Shown here one piece after another: positions 1 to 9,138 of a stretch of DNA of 64,000 nt. Under the pieces are notes generated by a model. It was not told the DNA's origin. It was given only the letters and a program-made list of their open reading frames with translations, and did no database searches. A program made the position numbers and the translations under genes. Every line of letters begins with the position of its first letter. Position 1 is the stretch's first letter. The stretch comes from an uncultured bacterium (lineage in GTDB: Bacteria; Vulcanimicrobiota; JAJTBE01; CAYNGH01): the NCBI GenBank assembly GCA_964396845.1, contig CAYNGH010000003.1, positions 2,992 to 66,991 of the forward strand, in the 5' to 3' direction.

Positions 1-540
1 CGATTCAACCCGGATTCCCGTCACTGTTTCATTGAAGTGAAAGACCGCGCCAATCTCCATGGCTCTGCGGTAAAGAGCATTGATGGCCCTAAGGGGCGAA
101 ACATTGCCATCATCGGGAGAATATGTCCCCCCCCGCAGATTTTCCCGGTTGATGCCCGGCACCAGCTCCCCTACCTGATCCGGCTCAATCCAGTCGATGT
201 TGAGGCCATGCCGGCGCTGAATGACCAGAAGATCCTTCAAGTTTTTTTCCAACTCCTCTTCATAAACAGGAAAGAGATACCCCCCCTTCACCCAGCCGAC
301 ATCGTCCCCATGGGTTTCCTTCCATGTGGAAAGGATCTTCAGGCTGTGCCTGCAGACTTCGATTTTTCCCGGGTCGGAGAATGTGGCCCGGATTCCTCCG
401 ATGGCTGCTTTATTCTGACCCTGCCCCGGCGAAGGATTGCTGTCGATGACCAGCACTTTCAGTCCGTATTTTGCAAGGCCGATGGCAGCTGGAGTTCCCA
501 CACTGCCGGCTCCGATTATTATCGCATCAAAATTCTTGCC
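1..540 (-). CDS. FAD-dependent oxidoreductase (glycine/D-amino-acid oxidase family), N-terminal part; 3' end lies beyond window start
   Basis: Minus-strand translation from ATG near 540 reads MTMGKNFDAIIIGAGSVGTPAAIGLAKYGLKVLVIDS..., a classic GxGxxG FAD/NAD-binding N-terminus, and continues without a stop to position 1. The plus-strand ORF 37..642 in the track is its antisense shadow. Confidence 0.6.
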
Positions 541-740
541 CATGGTCATGCCCGGCTTTCCAAAAATTTGCCGTCCCGCGTTATCCGGCCGGGGATCTCT
601 TTTTTATCCAACGGGATTTTTCCTGCCCTTTTTCCCGTATAAGCCTTGTTTTATGATAAAGAGGATGCAGTTAGAAATAAATGGAGGTATATCCCCTTTT
701 TTTGTGGAATAAATATTTGTTGTAATGGGGGAGTGATATT

Positions 741-1565
741 ATGGCGGAGTTGAATCCTTCCGAGGCGATTAACAATAGATTTTACTGGGGAAAAATCGGG
801 GTCCCGGCAAAAATACTGCTGATAGGCCTGCTTGTTGCCCTGGCCCTGGTGGCGACTCTATGGGTCAAATGGCTGGTTCTGAAGATTATCATTTTTATTA
901 TAATTTTCTTGGGCACTGTATATGCAGTGTTAGTGCCCCTGGTCATTCTTCCCAAACGTCGGGATGAAAACCTCCTGCTTCTGAAGGAACAGCTTGGAGG
1001 CACCATCCACGAGCCGGAGTTCAGATCCCGGGGGTTCTCATCTTATGTCATATGGGCCGGCGACTACAAGGGCTATCCCGTAGAGATGGAAGAAACCTTT
1101 GAAGGCCCCTTGAAGAAGGGGGTTTACCATATCATATACCGGGTCAGGATTGAGCTTCACAAGCAGTTCGACATCCGCCGGGCCATGGCCACTGCCAAGG
1201 ATCTGAACAACCCCAACTACACCAGCCTTCTGGGAGTGAAGTTCATATTGCAGAGCCGCAACAACAAGGACATTCTGATCCAGTGGTTCACCGAGGATGA
1301 CCGCCGGCTGGCCCAGCTGGTGTCCATCTGTGATCTGATCGGCATGGGGGATCTTCAGGGCCGCTGGCTTTCCTTCGGCATCCGCACCAGCAGTATAACT
1401 CCTGTCCGGCGGGATTTTCATCCTGACCATGTGAAAGCTGTATATGACTTTCTCATCGAGGTGGGAGAACAGTTGCGGGATGCCAAGATTGTCAAATCCC
1501 AGAAACCCGAGCTGGGCATGTCCGGCATAGGAGGCCCGGGGATGGGTATCGTCCCCAGGGGATAG
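741..1565 (+). CDS. hypothetical membrane protein (two N-terminal TM helices, soluble C-terminal domain)
   Basis: 274-aa ORF with strongly hydrophobic residues 20-70 (LLIGLLVALALVATLWV..., IIIFIIIFLGTVYAVLVPLVIL); no family recognised. Confidence 0.45.
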   Translation: MAELNPSEAINNRFYWGKIGVPAKILLIGLLVALALVATLWVKWLVLKIIIFIIIFLGTVYAVLVPLVILPKRRDENLLLLKEQLGGTIHEPEFRSRGFSSYVIWAGDYKGYPVEMEETFEGPLKKGVYHIIYRVRIELHKQFDIRRAMATAKDLNNPNYTSLLGVKFILQSRNNKDILIQWFTEDDRRLAQLVSICDLIGMGDLQGRWLSFGIRTSSITPVRRDFHPDHVKAVYDFLIEVGEQLRDAKIVKSQKPELGMSGIGGPGMGIVPRG

Positions 1566-1735
1566 TTTTTTATTGCCTGATCAACAAAGGCGGACTGCCG
1601 GGTTCGTCTTTTTAGTTTTATCCCGATGTCCCCGGCATCAAATGCAAGAGGGATAATGGAAACCGCTTAGAAAAGATATAAAACCCCTGCAACTGCTCAA
1701 CAGATTTTGTTGCAGAAAACACCTGGGAGGTCAAC

Positions 1736-3259
1736 ATGCATATTGCTTTTATCAATCCCCAGGGGAATTTTGATCCTCTGGACAGTTACTGGACAGAACA
1801 CCCCGACTTCGGGGGACAGCTGGTTTATGTCAAGGAGCTGGCCCTGGCCATGGCCCAGCTGGGACATCGCTCCGACATCATCACCCGGCAGATTATCGAT
1901 CCTAAATGGCCTCGGTTTGAAGCATCCCAGGATACATATCCAGGATATGACCGGGTAAGAATTATCCGGATTCCCTTTGGCGGAAAAAAGTTTCTGCCGA
2001 AGGAAGAACTTTGGCCCCACATCGGCTCTGAATTTGTCCGGGGGATAATAGATTTTTACCGCAGGGAGCCGGCTTTCCCCGATGCAGTCACCGCCCATTA
2101 CGGCGACGGAGGCATCACCGGGGCACTGCTTCGAAAAAAACGGGGGATCCCTTTCACTTTCACCAGCCACTCTCTGGGTGCCCAGAAAATGGACAAGCTG
2201 AAGGCCACCCCGGAAAATATTGATTCTCTGGATGAGCGGTTTCATTTCACCAGCCGAATTTTTGCCGAGAGAATCAGCATGAATTATTCTTCCATGAACG
2301 TGGTGAGTACCGGGATGGAATGGTTTGAGCAATATGGCCATCCCGCCTATGCCGGGGCTGTTGATACCGAGGATTACAGTCGGTTCCAGGTAATCCCGCC
2401 GGGGGTGAACCTGAGCATATTCGGCCACGATGTTAAATGTCCCTGTGAAGACAAAGTGAGCCGGCATATCGAAGAGATGCTCCAGCGGGATCTGAACCCG
2501 GAAAGGCTTTCTTTGCCCCTAATTATCTGCTCCAGCCGTCTTGACGGGAAGAAGAACCATATCGGTCTGGTGAAGGCCTTTGCGGAAAACCAGAAACTCA
2601 ACCAGCTGGCAAACCTGGCCATCATTGTCCGGGGAATGAAGAATCCCCTCAAGGATCAGACCGGGGTTAATCCCGAGGAAAAGGCAATACTGGAGGAGAT
2701 TGTCAAAATAATCCATAGAGAAAACCTGTGGGGCCGTGTCACATCCTTTTCTTTGTCAGGCCAGGAAGAACTTGCCTCGGCTTACCGTTACCTGGCGAAG
2801 CGTCAATCGGTGTTTGCCCTCACTTCCCACTACGAACCCTTTGGCTTGGCTCAGCTGGAAGCCATGGCCGCGGGACTTCCCGGGGTTGCCACAAAAAACG
2901 GAGGCCCCAGCGAGAGCATGTTTGATGCCGCCCAGAACAAAGAATTCGGCGTGCTGGTGGATCCAGGGGATCCCGGGGATATCAGCCGGGGAATCCTCCG
3001 GGTGCTGGAATCCCGGGAAAGCTGGGAAAAATTCCACAATGCCGGCATCCAGAGGGTTTATAAGAAATACAACTGGAAAATCACTGCCCAGGGATATTTG
3101 AAAGTGATAGAAGAGATCGTAAAAATGGACACCGACACCAGAAACCTTCTCTCAATCCCGGATTTTTTCATCCATCCCTCCCATGAGAACAAGATAACCC
3201 TCGACCAGTTAAAAGAAGTTTATTTTAAGTCTGACCGGGAGAAAGAGGCCATAGGATGA
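1736..3259 (+). CDS. sucrose-phosphate synthase-like GT4 (GT-B) glycosyltransferase, catalytic domain only (no fused phosphatase domain)
   Basis: 507 aa. N-terminus HIAFINPQGNFDPLDSYWTEHPDFGGQLVYVKELALAMAQLGH, then HYGDGGITGALL, FTSHSLGAQKMDKL and EPFGLAQLEAMAAGLPGVATKNGGP, all characteristic of the short (~500 aa) bacterial SPS type. RBS GGGAGG precedes the ATG. The stop overlaps the next start (ATGA). Confidence 0.75.
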   Translation: MHIAFINPQGNFDPLDSYWTEHPDFGGQLVYVKELALAMAQLGHRSDIITRQIIDPKWPRFEASQDTYPGYDRVRIIRIPFGGKKFLPKEELWPHIGSEFVRGIIDFYRREPAFPDAVTAHYGDGGITGALLRKKRGIPFTFTSHSLGAQKMDKLKATPENIDSLDERFHFTSRIFAERISMNYSSMNVVSTGMEWFEQYGHPAYAGAVDTEDYSRFQVIPPGVNLSIFGHDVKCPCEDKVSRHIEEMLQRDLNPERLSLPLIICSSRLDGKKNHIGLVKAFAENQKLNQLANLAIIVRGMKNPLKDQTGVNPEEKAILEEIVKIIHRENLWGRVTSFSLSGQEELASAYRYLAKRQSVFALTSHYEPFGLAQLEAMAAGLPGVATKNGGPSESMFDAAQNKEFGVLVDPGDPGDISRGILRVLESRESWEKFHNAGIQRVYKKYNWKITAQGYLKVIEEIVKMDTDTRNLLSIPDFFIHPSHENKITLDQLKEVYFKSDREKEAIG

Positions 3260-4227
3260 TCACCTCCGGGGAACTTGATATACTGGCCATCGGTGAAATT
3301 CTGGTGGACTTCATATCCGGGGATGTTTGTGAGGATCTCTCGTCGGCTTTCACATATCATCGGTTTATCGGGGGATCTCCTGTAAATATCGCCATCAACG
3401 GCGCAAGACTGGGAGGCAGGACCGGGGTTATCGCCAGAGCCGGGACAGACTTTCTGGGAGATTATCTGGAAGGTGAACTGAAGGCCTGCGGAGTTGACAC
3501 CACCGGCCTGAGCCGGGATCCCACAGCCAATACCAGCATCATATTTGTATCCCGCACCTGTGGGACGCCCTGCTATGAAGCTTTCCGAAACAGCGACTAC
3601 CAGCTGTCCCCGGACATGATTGATGCCGATATGATCCGAAAGACCCGGCTGGTTCATTCATCGGCCTTTGCCCTGTCCCGGGAGCCCCTTCGAAGTTCCG
3701 TCTTAAAAGTGTTCCGGCTGGCCCGGGAAATGGGCTTGACTGTCAGTTTTGATCCCAATTACCGGGAGAAAATCTGGCCCGATAGACATGAAGCCATGAG
3801 GATTATTCAAGAAGCCTACAGTTATGCTGACATTACCAAGCCATCCCTGGATGATGCGGTGAACATATTCGGCCCGGGCCTTTCCCCGTCAGAGTATGCC
3901 TCCAGGTTTGCCCGGATGGGGCCCTCCACGGTGGTTCTTACCATGGGGGAAAAGGGAGCCCTCCTTTGTCGGGATGAACTTCCCACGGTGATGATTCCAG
4001 CCCGCCGGGTAGATGTTCAGGATGTCACCGGTGCCGGGGATGCTTTCTGGGCGGCTTTCCTGATGGGGCATCTTGACGGCCTTGGCGGAGAAGACGGGGT
4101 TCTCTTTGCCAGAGAGATTGTAGCTATGAAGCTGTCCCGGATTGGCCCTCTGCCCGAGTCCATTGACCGGGAGTCCCTTTATTCACAAATACCCCGGTTC
4201 AGGGAGGAAGTCAGGGCAACAATCTGA
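3256..4227 (+). CDS. PfkB-family carbohydrate kinase (fructokinase-like)
   Basis: 323 aa with ILAIGEILVDFI N-terminal motif, GGSPVNIAINGARLGG and C-terminal DVTGAGDAFWAAFL (ribokinase/PfkB signature). Start overlaps the stop of the upstream GT4 gene. Confidence 0.75.
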   Translation: MITSGELDILAIGEILVDFISGDVCEDLSSAFTYHRFIGGSPVNIAINGARLGGRTGVIARAGTDFLGDYLEGELKACGVDTTGLSRDPTANTSIIFVSRTCGTPCYEAFRNSDYQLSPDMIDADMIRKTRLVHSSAFALSREPLRSSVLKVFRLAREMGLTVSFDPNYREKIWPDRHEAMRIIQEAYSYADITKPSLDDAVNIFGPGLSPSEYASRFARMGPSTVVLTMGEKGALLCRDELPTVMIPARRVDVQDVTGAGDAFWAAFLMGHLDGLGGEDGVLFAREIVAMKLSRIGPLPESIDRESLYSQIPRFREEVRATI

Positions 4228-4253
4228 GAAACAAACAACCACAAGGAGATGCA

Positions 4254-5402
4254 GTGTTGACTGAAGTCCAGAATATCATGATTTTTGCCGGCGAGGCCTC
4301 GGGGGATCTACAGGGGGCTCTGCTGGCCAGGGAATTAAAAAAATTCAACCCCCATATCAGGTTTTCCGGGGTGGGAGGGATCCAAATGAAAAGCCAGGGG
4401 ATCGACCTGGTTTTTGATTCCACCACCTTCGGGGTCATCGGCCCCTGGGAGGGGATCCGCAATCTGCCCCGGCTGTTACGCCTCTACAGGCAATGCCGGC
4501 AGGTTTTTCTGGACACCAAGCCGGATCTGGCAATATTCATCGACACTCCCGCCTTCTGCATGCGACTGGCTAAACTGAGTCGGGAGGAGAACATAAAAGC
4601 AGTCTATTACTTTCCTCCCTCGGCCTGGTCGGGAAGCGTGAAGCGGGCAGAAGAAGTTGCGGGCCTGGTGGATTCCGTCATCACTGCCTTTCGTTTTACC
4701 GCGGACACTTATGACCGGGGAGGCATCCCTCATTTTTATACGGGGCATCCCCTGGTGGATGTTATGCAGAAATGGAAAAATGCCAACAGGGATAAAATCT
4801 TAAAAGACCTGGGCCTTGAAGACGGCCCTTCCTATGTGGCCCTGATGCCGGGAAGCCGCACTCAGGAGATAAATCATGTGCTCCCCTTGCTGGTTGAAAC
4901 TGCCGGCAGGCTCAAAGAAGAAATCCCCGGAGTTCATTTTTTAATTCCGGTGGCATCGCCACTTCTCCGGGAGAAGATCATGTCAGGAGTCGAAAACTGC
5001 AATGCTCCGGTGAGTCTATTTGATGGCCGTGCTCAGGAGATAATGGCAGTTTGCCGGCTGGTGATTATGGCCTCGGGGAGCGCATCCCTGGAGGCTTCAA
5101 TCCTGGAGGTTCCCATGATCCTCACATACCGGCTCAACCAGTTAGACTACAAGATCATCCGGGCCTTTGTAAAGCAGAAATGGGCAGGACTGCCGAATCT
5201 TATTCTTGAGCGGGAGATTGTACCTGAACTGCTTCAGGAAAAGGCCACAGTTGAAAATATATGCCAAATAGCAAAGGATCTGATCCCTGACGGACAGAAA
5301 AGACAGAAAATGATTCATGACCTCAAGGAGTTGAATAAAGCCCTGGGTGAACCGGGAGTCACAGGCCGTGTGGCAAGGCATATATGGGAGGATGTTTTAT
5401 GA
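4254..5402 (+). CDS. lpxB: lipid-A-disaccharide synthase
   Basis: 382 aa. IFAGEASGDLQGALLARELKK N-terminal motif typical of LpxB (GT19). GTG start 5 nt after AAGGAG. Confidence 0.8.
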   Translation: MLTEVQNIMIFAGEASGDLQGALLARELKKFNPHIRFSGVGGIQMKSQGIDLVFDSTTFGVIGPWEGIRNLPRLLRLYRQCRQVFLDTKPDLAIFIDTPAFCMRLAKLSREENIKAVYYFPPSAWSGSVKRAEEVAGLVDSVITAFRFTADTYDRGGIPHFYTGHPLVDVMQKWKNANRDKILKDLGLEDGPSYVALMPGSRTQEINHVLPLLVETAGRLKEEIPGVHFLIPVASPLLREKIMSGVENCNAPVSLFDGRAQEIMAVCRLVIMASGSASLEASILEVPMILTYRLNQLDYKIIRAFVKQKWAGLPNLILEREIVPELLQEKATVENICQIAKDLIPDGQKRQKMIHDLKELNKALGEPGVTGRVARHIWEDVL

Positions 5403-6649
5403 CTTCCACTCCCTCGGATATTGTCATCGTTTCCAACAGCCCCGGGGAGTTGTCATCCTGGGTAAGGGTCACCGCGAACCGGCTCAAGGAAAAAAGCCCT
5501 GATCAGCGTATCATTCTGGCGCTGGTTCCCTGTCCCTATGCATCGGGCAGGGAAATCAACGTGGCGGAGAGCTTTGATACTGTTGATATTGTTCTTTCCC
5601 CTGCTCAATTTCTCCAGTTTATATTTCTGGGCAGGCTCCCGGCAGAATATACCCCGGCGAAACAGGGAATTGTGGTTTTCCTGGGGGGTGACTATTGGCA
5701 CGCTGCAGGGCTGGCATGGAAACTCCGATACCCTGCGGTGGCTTATACAGCCCGGCCTTATGTGGGCATGCAGAAGCATTTCCGCCATATCTTCTGTCCT
5801 TATCAGTCAGTACGGGATCAGCTGGAAAAAAAGGGAGTTGACAAAGACAAACTGATGGTGGTAGGGAACCTGATGGTGGAAGGAGTCAAGCCCACCACCA
5901 GCCGGGAGGAAGGCTTCCGACGATGGGGGCTTGACCCGGAGATTCTCACCGTGGGGATATTCCCTGGAAGCCGTCTTTATCATATGCAGGATTCATTGCC
6001 GGTTTTTCTAAAAGTTGCCGAGGAGATCCACCGGGAAATCCCGAAAGTGCAGTTTATTCTGGGCCTTTCACCTTTTCTGTCCATCCAGGAACTCACTGAC
6101 TGCCTGAGGGATCCCCAGACCCCCATCCCCGGAAGTGGCGGGCAGGTATCCAACTCCGACAGAGGATGTCAGATAACCACCGCCTGCGGTGTAAAGGTTG
6201 AAGTGTTGGAATCGGATCAGTATGACACCATGAACATGTCCGATGTGGTCCTTACAATCCCCGGCACCAATACTGCAGAGGTGGCATATCTGGGACGGCC
6301 CATGGTGGTGGCGGCTTCATGGAAAGCTCGGATACCCAGGGGAGGCCTGGGATTCTTCCTCAATTCCATACCCATGGGAGGACTCCGCCGGGCCATGATC
6401 CTGAAACTGCTGGAGAAGCAACGGTTCACATCTCTTCCCAATATGATTGCCGGTGAAGCAGTGGTGCCGGAAGTGCTGGTGGAAAACAAAGCAGAAGAAA
6501 TAACAAAAGTTGCCCTGGATCTCATCCGGGACAAAGATCGCCAACAGGCCCTCTCAGAAAGGATGCGCCGGATAATGGGTGGTTCCGGGGCTGTTGACCG
6601 GATAACCGATGCCATCATCGAAATAATAAATTCCCAGGAGGCCCAATGA
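5399..6649 (+). CDS. LpxB-related (GT-B-like) glycosyltransferase, 'lipid-A-disaccharide synthase-related protein' type
   Basis: ORF-track ORF 5384..6649. The better start is ATG 5399 (GGGAGGA 6 nt upstream), which overlaps the lpxB stop as ATGA. N-terminus IVIVSNSPGELSSWVRV parallels the LpxB N-terminal sugar-binding loop. Family assignment is from memory only. Confidence 0.5.
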   Translation: MTSTPSDIVIVSNSPGELSSWVRVTANRLKEKSPDQRIILALVPCPYASGREINVAESFDTVDIVLSPAQFLQFIFLGRLPAEYTPAKQGIVVFLGGDYWHAAGLAWKLRYPAVAYTARPYVGMQKHFRHIFCPYQSVRDQLEKKGVDKDKLMVVGNLMVEGVKPTTSREEGFRRWGLDPEILTVGIFPGSRLYHMQDSLPVFLKVAEEIHREIPKVQFILGLSPFLSIQELTDCLRDPQTPIPGSGGQVSNSDRGCQITTACGVKVEVLESDQYDTMNMSDVVLTIPGTNTAEVAYLGRPMVVAASWKARIPRGGLGFFLNSIPMGGLRRAMILKLLEKQRFTSLPNMIAGEAVVPEVLVENKAEEITKVALDLIRDKDRQQALSERMRRIMGGSGAVDRITDAIIEIINSQEAQ

Positions 6650-7245
6650 GGGACTTCATCTTTAAATACAGAGGCTGGCTGTTCATACCCGCAGCCTTGA
6701 TAATGCTCTACCTGGCCAGGCCCACCCTGATTTCACTGACAATTGGCCTGGGGATCTCCTTTCTGTTAGGGGAGGGAATCCGGGTCTGGGCAGTGGGATT
6801 TACCGGCGTCACCACCAGGGATGACAAGGTGGTGGCTCCTATGCTTATCACTGCCGGGCCATACTCTCATCTTCGAAACCCCCTGTATCTGGGGAACCTG
6901 ATTTCATGGCTGGGCTTTGCCATAGCCTCGTCGGGAGATGTCCCCCTGTGGGCATCGGCAGTGGTATTCGCATCAGTGATTTTGTCTTATGCTGTCATAT
7001 ATGGGGCTATCATCCCCCTGGAAGAAAACTACCTTCGAAAAACCTTCGGAGAACCTTTTGATGAATACCTCCAGAGTGTTCCCCGGCTTCTGCCCAGTCT
7101 GAAACCCTATGACAAGCCCCAGGGAGTTTATGACCCTTCGGTCATTCTCAAGGCGGAGATGCATACCATCATTATGCTCATAGTTCTGGCAGGACTTATG
7201 GTAGCCAAGTATGCCGGGGTTATGAAATTTCCTCTGCCGTATTGA
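6646..7245 (+). CDS. isoprenylcysteine carboxyl methyltransferase (ICMT)/phospholipid methyltransferase-family membrane protein
   Basis: 199 aa, 4-5 TM helices, RNPLYLGNLISWLG motif typical of ICMT/PEMT-like methyltransferases. Start overlaps the previous stop (ATGA). Confidence 0.6.
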   Translation: MRDFIFKYRGWLFIPAALIMLYLARPTLISLTIGLGISFLLGEGIRVWAVGFTGVTTRDDKVVAPMLITAGPYSHLRNPLYLGNLISWLGFAIASSGDVPLWASAVVFASVILSYAVIYGAIIPLEENYLRKTFGEPFDEYLQSVPRLLPSLKPYDKPQGVYDPSVILKAEMHTIIMLIVLAGLMVAKYAGVMKFPLPY

Positions 7246-7247
7246 AG

Positions 7248-7287
7248 CCATAAAAAAGAACGGCTGTTGTTTGCCGTTCCTTTTGGG
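7248..7287. terminator. bidirectional rho-independent terminator between convergent ICMT-like gene and rplT
   Basis: AAAAAAGAACGGC-tgttgttt-GCCGTTCCTTTTGG: 9-bp GC-containing stem, A-run upstream and T-run downstream. Confidence 0.5.
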
Positions 7288-7325
7288 TTGATATTTCAAA
7301 CAATAGTATTCAATAGTATTTTTAT

Positions 7326-7688
7326 TTAAACCAGGGTCAGTTCTTTTTTGGCCATCTCTGCAAATCCGGAAAAGGCCTTCTGATCGTTTACCGCCATTTC
7401 CGCAAGAATCTTGCGGTTGATTTCAACTCCGGCCTTCTTCAGACCGCTCATCAGCCGGGAATAGGATATTCCGTTCTCCCTGGCTGCAGCGTTGATACGG
7501 ATAATCCAGAGGCTTCGCATATCCCGCTTGCGGTTACGGCGATCCCTGTATGCATAGGCGAGGGAATGGAGCAGTTGCTCCCGGGCCTGCTTGTTGCGAC
7601 GGCTTCGGGTTCCCCGGTAGCCTTTTGTGGCTTTCATCAGTTTGTTGGTTTTTTTACGGTGCATTATGCCGCGCTTTACTCTTGGCAT
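7326..7688 (-). CDS. rplT: 50S ribosomal protein L20
   Basis: MPRVKRGIMHRKKTNKLMKATKGYRGTRSRRNKQAREQ... is a textbook L20 N-terminus; 120 aa. Confidence 0.95.
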   Translation of the reverse strand: MPRVKRGIMHRKKTNKLMKATKGYRGTRSRRNKQAREQLLHSLAYAYRDRRNRKRDMRSLWIIRINAAARENGISYSRLMSGLKKAGVEINRKILAEMAVNDQKAFSGFAEMAKKELTLV

Positions 7689-7733
7689 GGTGTAACCTCC
7701 TCGGATATATAGAAAAATACAGTAAAAAAGCTG

Positions 7734-7937
7734 TTACATATAGGGGATCGCCGGCTTAATCCTCTTCTCGTCGCTGGGATGAGTGAGGGTTGATTTACGG
7801 TAACCGCGAACCTGCTTGTTGGATTTATTGCTTCTTATGTGGGTACATCCGCTGAAGGCCTTGTTGCGCAACAGACGGCCACTGCCTGTGACTTTCACCC
7901 TCTTGGCGATTGCCTTTTTGGTTTTAATTTTGGGCAT
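7734..7937 (-). CDS. rpmI: 50S ribosomal protein L35
   Basis: Internal start gives MPKIKTKKAIAKRVKVTGSGRLLRNKAFSG... (L35 signature), ~67 aa. The longer track ORF (start 7988) adds a non-conserved N-extension. Confidence 0.9.
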   Translation of the reverse strand: MPKIKTKKAIAKRVKVTGSGRLLRNKAFSGCTHIRSNKSNKQVRGYRKSTLTHPSDEKRIKPAIPYM

Positions 7938-7965
7938 GTCACTCCTTCTCCTTTCGTGAAATAGC

Positions 7966-8496
7966 TTAATTGGTGGCCTTTGGAGCAAGGATCATGGTCA
8001 TGTTGCGTCCCTCTAATTTGGGACTCCTCTCAACAGTTCCATCCTCGCCAATCTCCTCGGCCAGAGTTTTTAACATCTCAAATCCCTTGTTGCGATAAAC
8101 CATCTCCCTGCCCCGGAACATCAAGGTAACTTTTACCTTGTCCCCTGACTTGAGAAACTTTATTGCTCTACGCTTTTTTGTTTCATAGTCATGAACGTCG
8201 ATCTTGGGGCGAATCTTGACTTCCTTGACAGTCACCGTGGTTCTTTTCTGTTTCGCTTCCTTCTCCCGTTTGCTTTGTTCGTAACGATGCTTGCCATAGT
8301 CCATAATCTTGCAAACAGGGGGTTTGGAATTTGGATTTATCTCCACCAGGTCAAGCTCTGCAGTTTTTGCCATATCCATAGCTTCTCTGAGAGTAATGAC
8401 CCCCACCTGATTACCGTCATCCCCAATCAGACGAACCTCCCGGGCCCGAATCTGTCTGTTTACCCTTAACTTCCTGCTTCTGGTTATATGAGCCAC
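7966..8496 (-). CDS. infC: translation initiation factor IF-3
   Basis: IRAREVRLIGDDGNQVGVITLREAMDMAKTAELDLVEI... and C-terminal domain motifs. Classic infC-rpmI-rplT order. The track start is GTG; infC genes often use non-ATG starts. Confidence 0.9.
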   Translation of the reverse strand: MAHITRSRKLRVNRQIRAREVRLIGDDGNQVGVITLREAMDMAKTAELDLVEINPNSKPPVCKIMDYGKHRYEQSKREKEAKQKRTTVTVKEVKIRPKIDVHDYETKKRRAIKFLKSGDKVKVTLMFRGREMVYRNKGFEMLKTLAEEIGEDGTVERSPKLEGRNMTMILAPKATN

Positions 8497-8760
8497 CGCC
8501 CTTTCCTGAAATAAACAAAGCGGTCTTCACACCGCTTCAACAACAAACTAATGTCATCAACCCTTCAGCCAGGTCTTCCGGTGGAGTCATCATCACCAAG
8601 ACTCCTGCCCGCCAACAGGGTGAGAAGCGGTCGCTTCTGCTTTTTTGCCCATCTGGGCTTCAATAGTCTTAAACAATATATCAGAACCACAAGCGGTTGT
8701 CAACCACCCCGAAACAAAAAAAACCATAAAATACAGCATGCAGAGAAAAATTAAAAAAAA

Positions 8761-9057
8761 TTAATAATCCGATGTCATAATCCCTGTGGAATTATATTTA
8801 TAACTGCCGTTGCCCTTGCCATTGGAACCGGTATAGTCCACCTTGAGATCCTCGAAATACCTCCGGGTTGAACTGCCCACCAGTATCTTGATTCCATAAC
8901 TCATGTAAAGAATATCATCGTTGTTTACCGAATCGGTAAAATCGATTGCGTAATCAACCTTATTGTCATCTTCCACAATAACCTTAAGGCGGATATATCT
9001 GCTGTTGTCTTTCTTCTGCCTGATGTTTTCTGCAGCCCGTCGGGTAAGGGATACCAT
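8761..9057 (-). CDS. IscA/HesB-fold small protein lacking all three cluster-ligating cysteines
   Basis: From internal ATG (MVSLTRRAAENIRQ...). The pattern S-L-T-x-x-A-A, RLKV, DYAIDF, GIKILV, DLKVDY aligns position-by-position with the E. coli IscA core (ITLSDSAAARV.., LRLGV, MAYVLEF, GVKVVVD, QLDFV), but CSG and CGCG are replaced by DDNK and STGIM. Immediately downstream of the radical-SAM gene on the same strand. Confidence 0.4.
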   Translation of the reverse strand: MVSLTRRAAENIRQKKDNSRYIRLKVIVEDDNKVDYAIDFTDSVNNDDILYMSYGIKILVGSSTRRYFEDLKVDYTGSNGKGNGSYKYNSTGIMTSDY

Positions 9058-9138
9058 AAAGATTATCACATCCTTCCAGAGCAATCTCAACAAATAAACA
9101 ACATGGTGAACACTTCCAGTTTTTTTATTTCCCTTGGA

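Noticed and set aside
37-642. 201-aa plus-strand ORF at the window start
   Set aside because: Its translation has no recognisable features. The opposite strand encodes a clean FAD-oxidoreductase N-terminus (GAGSVG), so this is an antisense shadow ORF.
8761-9093. 110-aa ORF downstream of the radical-SAM gene as a RiPP precursor peptide
   Set aside because: It is too long and globular. Sequence blocks align with the IscA/HesB fold, not a leader-core peptide. It is kept as an IscA-like protein lacking cysteines.
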